Below are positions 59,542 to 64,000 of a stretch of DNA of 64,000 nt, in pieces. The stretch's first letter is position 1; every line of letters begins with the position of its first letter. The position numbers and the translations under genes are program-made. Source of the stretch: Paramoeba atlantica (lineage: Eukaryota > Protista > Discosea); the NCBI GenBank assembly GCA_977017575.1, contig CDRNVI010000037.1:1-64000 (forward strand), in the 5' to 3' direction. The notes under the pieces were generated by a model, which ran no database searches, was not told where the DNA came from, and worked only from the letters and a program-made list of their open reading frames with translations.

Positions 59542-61677
59542 ATGTCGTCCTCCGCTGCAGAGCTCCGTGCCTTCAAAGAGTCCGTAGAGAAGGCCAAATC
59601 TCACGCAGCTGAGGAAATCCCTTCCTGGGCTCTCCCAAACGAGTCCCCCGAAGATGCCATCCCTTCACCCCTTCTTCCCTCCCCTCCCCGTGAGGACAAG
59701 CCCATGACGGCCACCCCCCACGAGGAGTTCGGCACAACCTGGGACCCCCATCTACCCATCCCCCCCACTACCCCCCACCACCCCGAGCCCTCGTTGGGTT
59801 TCTTACCCGCCCTGCACGACACCCACCCCCCTGTGTTCGCTCTCCGCGTACGTCGCGGTGCCGCGGAACGGTTAGTGAAACAAATACTCCTTCGTGCGAT
59901 CCAGGCCGTGCTGCGGGGCTCTGCCACCGCCGGTGAGAGTCTTCTTCTCACCGACCCCAGCGCGCTTACCCAGGAGGTCGGGCTGTACTCCGTATTTACC
60001 CCCACCCCTAATGCCCAATACGTCTACGTGGAATGCGGCAGTAAACGACAACTGCTGGCGCTGCTCTCCGGTCTGCGTGAGGTCTACCCCCACCGCCTCA
60101 CCACCGTGGCCACACAGGAACGGCGACCCCTCCTGGTGTCCTGTCTCCGTCGCCGGGTACTCTACCCCGGGGACTATGCCCGGATTACACGAGGAACCTA
60201 CAAAGGGGATTTATGCCAAGTCCTCGCCACCGGCGAGACGGCCGTGAAAGTACGGGTCATCCCCCGCATGGACTACTCCGCCGTCACGGAGCCCGTAGGC
60301 TCCCACGACGCCCCCCAACGTGGTTCCAACCGTGTTTCAAAAAAACCGAACCCCCCAAGTTCAACCCCAACCCCAGGAAGCCATCCTCGGGAATTATCCA
60401 AACTGAAAACCAAGCCCCCTCTCCCCCCCCACCCCTTCCGTCGTCCCCAGCGCTTCTTCTCCCCCGCGCTCGTGCTCCCCGGGGGCTCCGGGGGCACGGC
60501 AGTGGAGCGCCTCCCCGAGGGCACCTGGGGCTGGGGCCCGCATGAGTTCGACCCCAGCGGGTATCTCCTGCTCCCCCTTCGCCCCTCCGCCCTCTCCCAC
60601 GGCCCCTCCATGCCCCCCCCGGGCCCCGAGGAGCTCTCCCGGTTTCTTCGGGACGCCTCCAGCGTGAGAGCGGGAGGGGGGAGTCCTGGGGGGGGTGTAC
60701 CCGACGGATGGGGGGAGCAGCACGCGGGAGGGAGGGGGGTGGACGCAGGGACGCTGCAGCCCACGGCCCCGCTGCCCTCTTACCACCCCGGGGAACAGGT
60801 CGTGGTGATCCATGGGCGTTCGGCTGGAGTCACGGGAACGCTTGTGGATGTGAACCACAGGACCACAGAGGCAGTGGTGCGGGTCTCGGGGAAGGTGGAT
60901 CCCCAGGGGGGGTATGGGGGCGCGGGAGGGGTTCAGGGGGGGTATGGGGGCTCGGGAGGGGTCGCGGGATCGGCTCCCGTAGTCCCCGGGTCCCTCCTCC
61001 ATGTCGAGACCGCCCACCTTCGTCACCACTTCCCGGTGAACACGGTGGTGGTGGTCACGGCGGGTCCCCATGAGGGGGTGTGGGGGAGTGTGGAGTGGGA
61101 GACCCCCACCGGGGGGGCGGTGGTGCGTAGTGAGGACCACCCCGAGCAGCTCGTGGAGGTGCTGCTGGGGGAGCTGGAGAGTGCCAACCGGTATGTCCCG
61201 GTGGGAGGGGCGGGGGAGAAGGGGAGGATGGGGAAAGGGGTGGAACAGGGGGAGTTGGTGTATGTACGCGTGCGTGGGGATGGGGGGATGGCGGAAGGGG
61301 TGGTTTTTGTGGTACAACGTACCGCAAGACATGTGTTAGGGTTAAGGTGTGATAATACGCTTGTGCGAGTGACTCCGCGTGAGGTGTTGGGGCGAGTGAC
61401 CCATGCCCCGCAGAGTTTTCGGGACCGCAGGAACCAGGTGGTGAAGAGGGGGGAGGATGTGAAGCTGGAGGTGAGGAGTGGGGTGCAGGAGGGGGAGTTG
61501 GTGGCGACGGTGCGGCAGATTTATTTGGATACTGTGTTTTTGCAAAGTCCGGAGAAAAAGTCGAATTCTGGGTATTTTGCGGATAGTCGGCTTCAGGTCG
61601 CTGGGGTGGGACATAAAAGGGAGCGAACGGATCGATCCGGAAAAGGTGACCTCAAGAAGTTAGCACGACGAGAATAA
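59542..61677 (+). CDS. SPT5: Transcription elongation factor SPT5-like (NGN + KOW)
   Basis: FALRVRRG...YVYVEC (NGN); PGDYARITRGTYKGDLCQV (KOW1); further KOW-like motifs; RDRRNQVVKRGEDVK. Confidence 0.8.
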   Translation: MSSSAAELRAFKESVEKAKSHAAEEIPSWALPNESPEDAIPSPLLPSPPREDKPMTATPHEEFGTTWDPHLPIPPTTPHHPEPSLGFLPALHDTHPPVFALRVRRGAAERLVKQILLRAIQAVLRGSATAGESLLLTDPSALTQEVGLYSVFTPTPNAQYVYVECGSKRQLLALLSGLREVYPHRLTTVATQERRPLLVSCLRRRVLYPGDYARITRGTYKGDLCQVLATGETAVKVRVIPRMDYSAVTEPVGSHDAPQRGSNRVSKKPNPPSSTPTPGSHPRELSKLKTKPPLPPHPFRRPQRFFSPALVLPGGSGGTAVERLPEGTWGWGPHEFDPSGYLLLPLRPSALSHGPSMPPPGPEELSRFLRDASSVRAGGGSPGGGVPDGWGEQHAGGRGVDAGTLQPTAPLPSYHPGEQVVVIHGRSAGVTGTLVDVNHRTTEAVVRVSGKVDPQGGYGGAGGVQGGYGGSGGVAGSAPVVPGSLLHVETAHLRHHFPVNTVVVVTAGPHEGVWGSVEWETPTGGAVVRSEDHPEQLVEVLLGELESANRYVPVGGAGEKGRMGKGVEQGELVYVRVRGDGGMAEGVVFVVQRTARHVLGLRCDNTLVRVTPREVLGRVTHAPQSFRDRRNQVVKRGEDVKLEVRSGVQEGELVATVRQIYLDTVFLQSPEKKSNSGYFADSRLQVAGVGHKRERTDRSGKGDLKKLARRE

Positions 61678-61823
61678 TTTTAGTATGTTTGTCGGTAATC
61701 ATGACCTTAGACCCTTTTTGGTTTTCCTTGTACGGCTACGTGAATCAGAATGTAGAAACGTTTTCTAAGTTTGTTGTTTAATCCATTTCGGTCATATATT
61801 TTTTTACGTTTTTGTTTTCACTC

Positions 61824-62204
61824 ATGGAGACCTTTGAGCAGGTCGGCAAGGGTTATACGAATCAGTACTATCAAACCTTTCAAAGCAACCGCGGGGCACT
61901 CGCGGGTTGTTATCGAGAAAGCAGTCTGATGACATACAATGGTGAGAGGATCTCCGGTGGGGCAAACATTACACAGAAACTTTCATCTCTCCCCCTTGGT
62001 AACTGTCAGTTTCAGATTCAAGTCCAGGACTGTCACCCTTCACCAGGAGGTGGAGTGCTAGTGTTCGTTGATGGGGAGCTTAAAGCAGAGGGTGAGGAAC
62101 ACAGTCTGCGATTTGCCGAGGTATTTCATCTCTCGACCGAGGCCAATCACAATTGGTACATCAGCAACCAAATCTTTCGTATTATCGGAGGAGGCTCTCA
62201 GTAG
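61824..62204 (+). CDS. NTF2: Nuclear transport factor 2
   Basis: FEQVGKGYTNQYYQTF, SLMTYNGE, VLVFVDGEL, RFAEVFHL, WYISNQIFR. Confidence 0.92.
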   Translation: METFEQVGKGYTNQYYQTFQSNRGALAGCYRESSLMTYNGERISGGANITQKLSSLPLGNCQFQIQVQDCHPSPGGGVLVFVDGELKAEGEEHSLRFAEVFHLSTEANHNWYISNQIFRIIGGGSQ

Positions 62205-62663
62205 GCGGCTACGTGGACATTTTTATGGGGTTCTTTCCACGTTTTCGACGAAATGTACAGCGATGTACGGAATGTATACTTCATCGGATTACGTGGGCGT
62301 GGCTGTATTGCGGTAGTATTTTTAGTTGAGCAATGGTTTTTATTAGTTTTCATTAGCAATATTTACACACCTCAAAAAATACATCATTAAGAAATATTAA
62401 ATTTCTTGTTGGTTTATTATGCAATGCTTTCTATGATGCATTAGGATTTTTCTATTCTAGGAAGTATAGGGAAGATCTAACTTACGCCATTAGTATCGAA
62501 GACCAGTAAGAAAGAAAAGAAGCTATCTCTCCATACTTGAAGCGTACTCTCTACTGCGCATTGTGCAAACATATTTTTTTATCTCATACACATTTCTTGT
62601 GCGATTAATCTCTCTTTTTAACTGAATCGTTAAACGCCTCCGGGGATTATCCTGCACATCAAA

Positions 62664-64000
62664 ATGATGGGTTTGCTTCTACTTTCACTTCTTTGCTTCT
62701 TTTATCCGGAGTGCACCCCAGGAGTAAGCTGTGACTTTGTATCATCCAAAACCTCCGCGTTAGGCAAGGACCTCTCTTCCGAATCACCGAAACGAAGAAA
62801 GCAGAAGGCTTCTCCTCCCGTCAAACGTTCACTCTTCAATCGTATTGCAACACCAATGCAGGAGTACTGGAAGGACAGTGAAGGAAATAAAAACGAAGTA
62901 ACTGAACGTACTCCAAACAGTGCCTCAAAGGAAAATGACACTGATCCCTTGATGACACCTTACTGGGAACAACCTGAGAAGCCGTCGCCCACAACCGTGC
63001 AATTTTCCATGAATGCCTCCATCGATACTTCAGACGTTTTTCCTCACGGGCAAATCAACGCCTCAGTCTCAATTAACGAGCAGAAGCCGGAGGAAATCGA
63101 GTTCAGTTTCTTACGTCGAGTAGGTCACGCGATTTCTGGCTTCTTCACATCATCGGAAGAGACAGAAGAGAACATTCTCGCTACCTCAGACTCAAAAATT
63201 GAGGAATCGCTCGCTCCGAATGATGAACTCAGTCAAGTCCATTTGGGACACAGTGAATGCGGCTGTGGTTGTGGGTCTGATGAAAAGAATGAAGCCAAGC
63301 CAAAGAAAGGGAAAATTCGCTCGTTCTTTTCCAACGTGTATACAAAGGTTGCCAACTTCTTTCGTTCCGAGAAAACGGAAGACTCGGAGGACGACGGGAA
63401 GAACTCACAGAAATCATGTGATGCGACCGCATGTAAAAGAAAGGGAAGATGCCCCTTTGGGTTTGACAAAGGCGTCTCTGCTGAAGCGAAACCACATGAG
63501 GAGCAAAATAAGAAACCGAACGAACAAGAAACTTCCCAAGAGCCATCGCTTACTGATGTCGCTGACGCCGCAGAGGAGATTGTAAAAAAAGGTAAGGACA
63601 ATCTCCCAAAGATGGATCCCATCGCTAATTTCACAGACAAGCTTCCCGAACTTCCGTTGGCAAATACACAAGCAGCCCAGTTGGACAAAAACACAAGTTT
63701 CGAATTCTCAAAAAAAGCGAATGCAGACGTAGCAAAACAAGATTCGACGCTGAGCTCGTCCTTAAGAGAAGACGAAAATTTGCTACCTAAGCAAGAGCGC
63801 CGCCGAACCCCAGCCTGGGTTGGTATCGCAGCTACCGTAGGAGTGCTTGCGTGCCTTGTGCTCTTCGTCTGCGTTGGATTTGCGATTCGGATGCGAACGA
63901 CAAGTCGTGCGAAGCCAGAATTTGCAATCTTCCCTTCATCTCTACATGTCCCGCTACGTCGGGATAGCTCGCTTCAGCTTGGAAGTTTGAGGGAGGAGTC
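62664..64000 (+). CDS. Partial putative type I membrane protein (runs off window)
   Basis: Manual translation from ATG 62664 is open to the window end. It has a signal-peptide-like MMGLLLLSLLCFFYPEC, a charged S/E/K-rich ectodomain and a TM-like WVGIAATVGVLACLVLFVCVGFAI near 63820-63890. Not in the ORF track because no stop is reached. Confidence 0.75.
   Translation, partial: MMGLLLLSLLCFFYPECTPGVSCDFVSSKTSALGKDLSSESPKRRKQKASPPVKRSLFNRIATPMQEYWKDSEGNKNEVTERTPNSASKENDTDPLMTPYWEQPEKPSPTTVQFSMNASIDTSDVFPHGQINASVSINEQKPEEIEFSFLRRVGHAISGFFTSSEETEENILATSDSKIEESLAPNDELSQVHLGHSECGCGCGSDEKNEAKPKKGKIRSFFSNVYTKVANFFRSEKTEDSEDDGKNSQKSCDATACKRKGRCPFGFDKGVSAEAKPHEEQNKKPNEQETSQEPSLTDVADAAEEIVKKGKDNLPKMDPIANFTDKLPELPLANTQAAQLDKNTSFEFSKKANADVAKQDSTLSSSLREDENLLPKQERRRTPAWVGIAATVGVLACLVLFVCVGFAIRMRTTSRAKPEFAIFPSSLHVPLRRDSSLQLGSLREE

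Noticed and set aside
63199-63585. 128-aa ORF in the track as a gene
   Set aside because: It is an alternative frame of the longer open frame starting at 62664.

Overview
Eukaryotic nuclear DNA with kinetoplastid hallmarks. About 35 intronless host genes all lie on the + strand, like one polycistronic unit. Two genes resemble the kinetoplastid mitochondrial protein RBP16, and there are two copies of the kinetoplastid spliced-leader (SL) core GATACAGTTTCTGTAC. The species cannot be named from sequence alone; an early-branching kinetoplastid is an inference. Housekeeping genes (RPL23A, RBP16 x2, PPR, Hsp70, APC2, mitochondrial carriers, NOC4, ORC1/CDC6-like, SPP, LSM8, SRP14, SPT5, NTF2) are interleaved with 13 members of one LRR family (two of them disrupted) plus one relic. 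The window also holds two decayed Tc1-like transposons, several TA-flanked MITEs, and an intact 5-kb RLE-type non-LTR retrotransposon inserted in an LRR gene. Main leads: (1) the retrotransposon begins with an SL-like exon sequence, and a second SL-headed non-coding unit with tRNA-like modules lies 10 kb away on the opposite strand, suggesting an SL-headed retroelement system; (2) repeated C-rich to G-rich skew switches override codon usage inside genes; (3) four Mer3/HFM1-like zinc fingers in the retroelement ORF; (4) an SRP14 gene and class II transposons, both reported absent from trypanosomatids.
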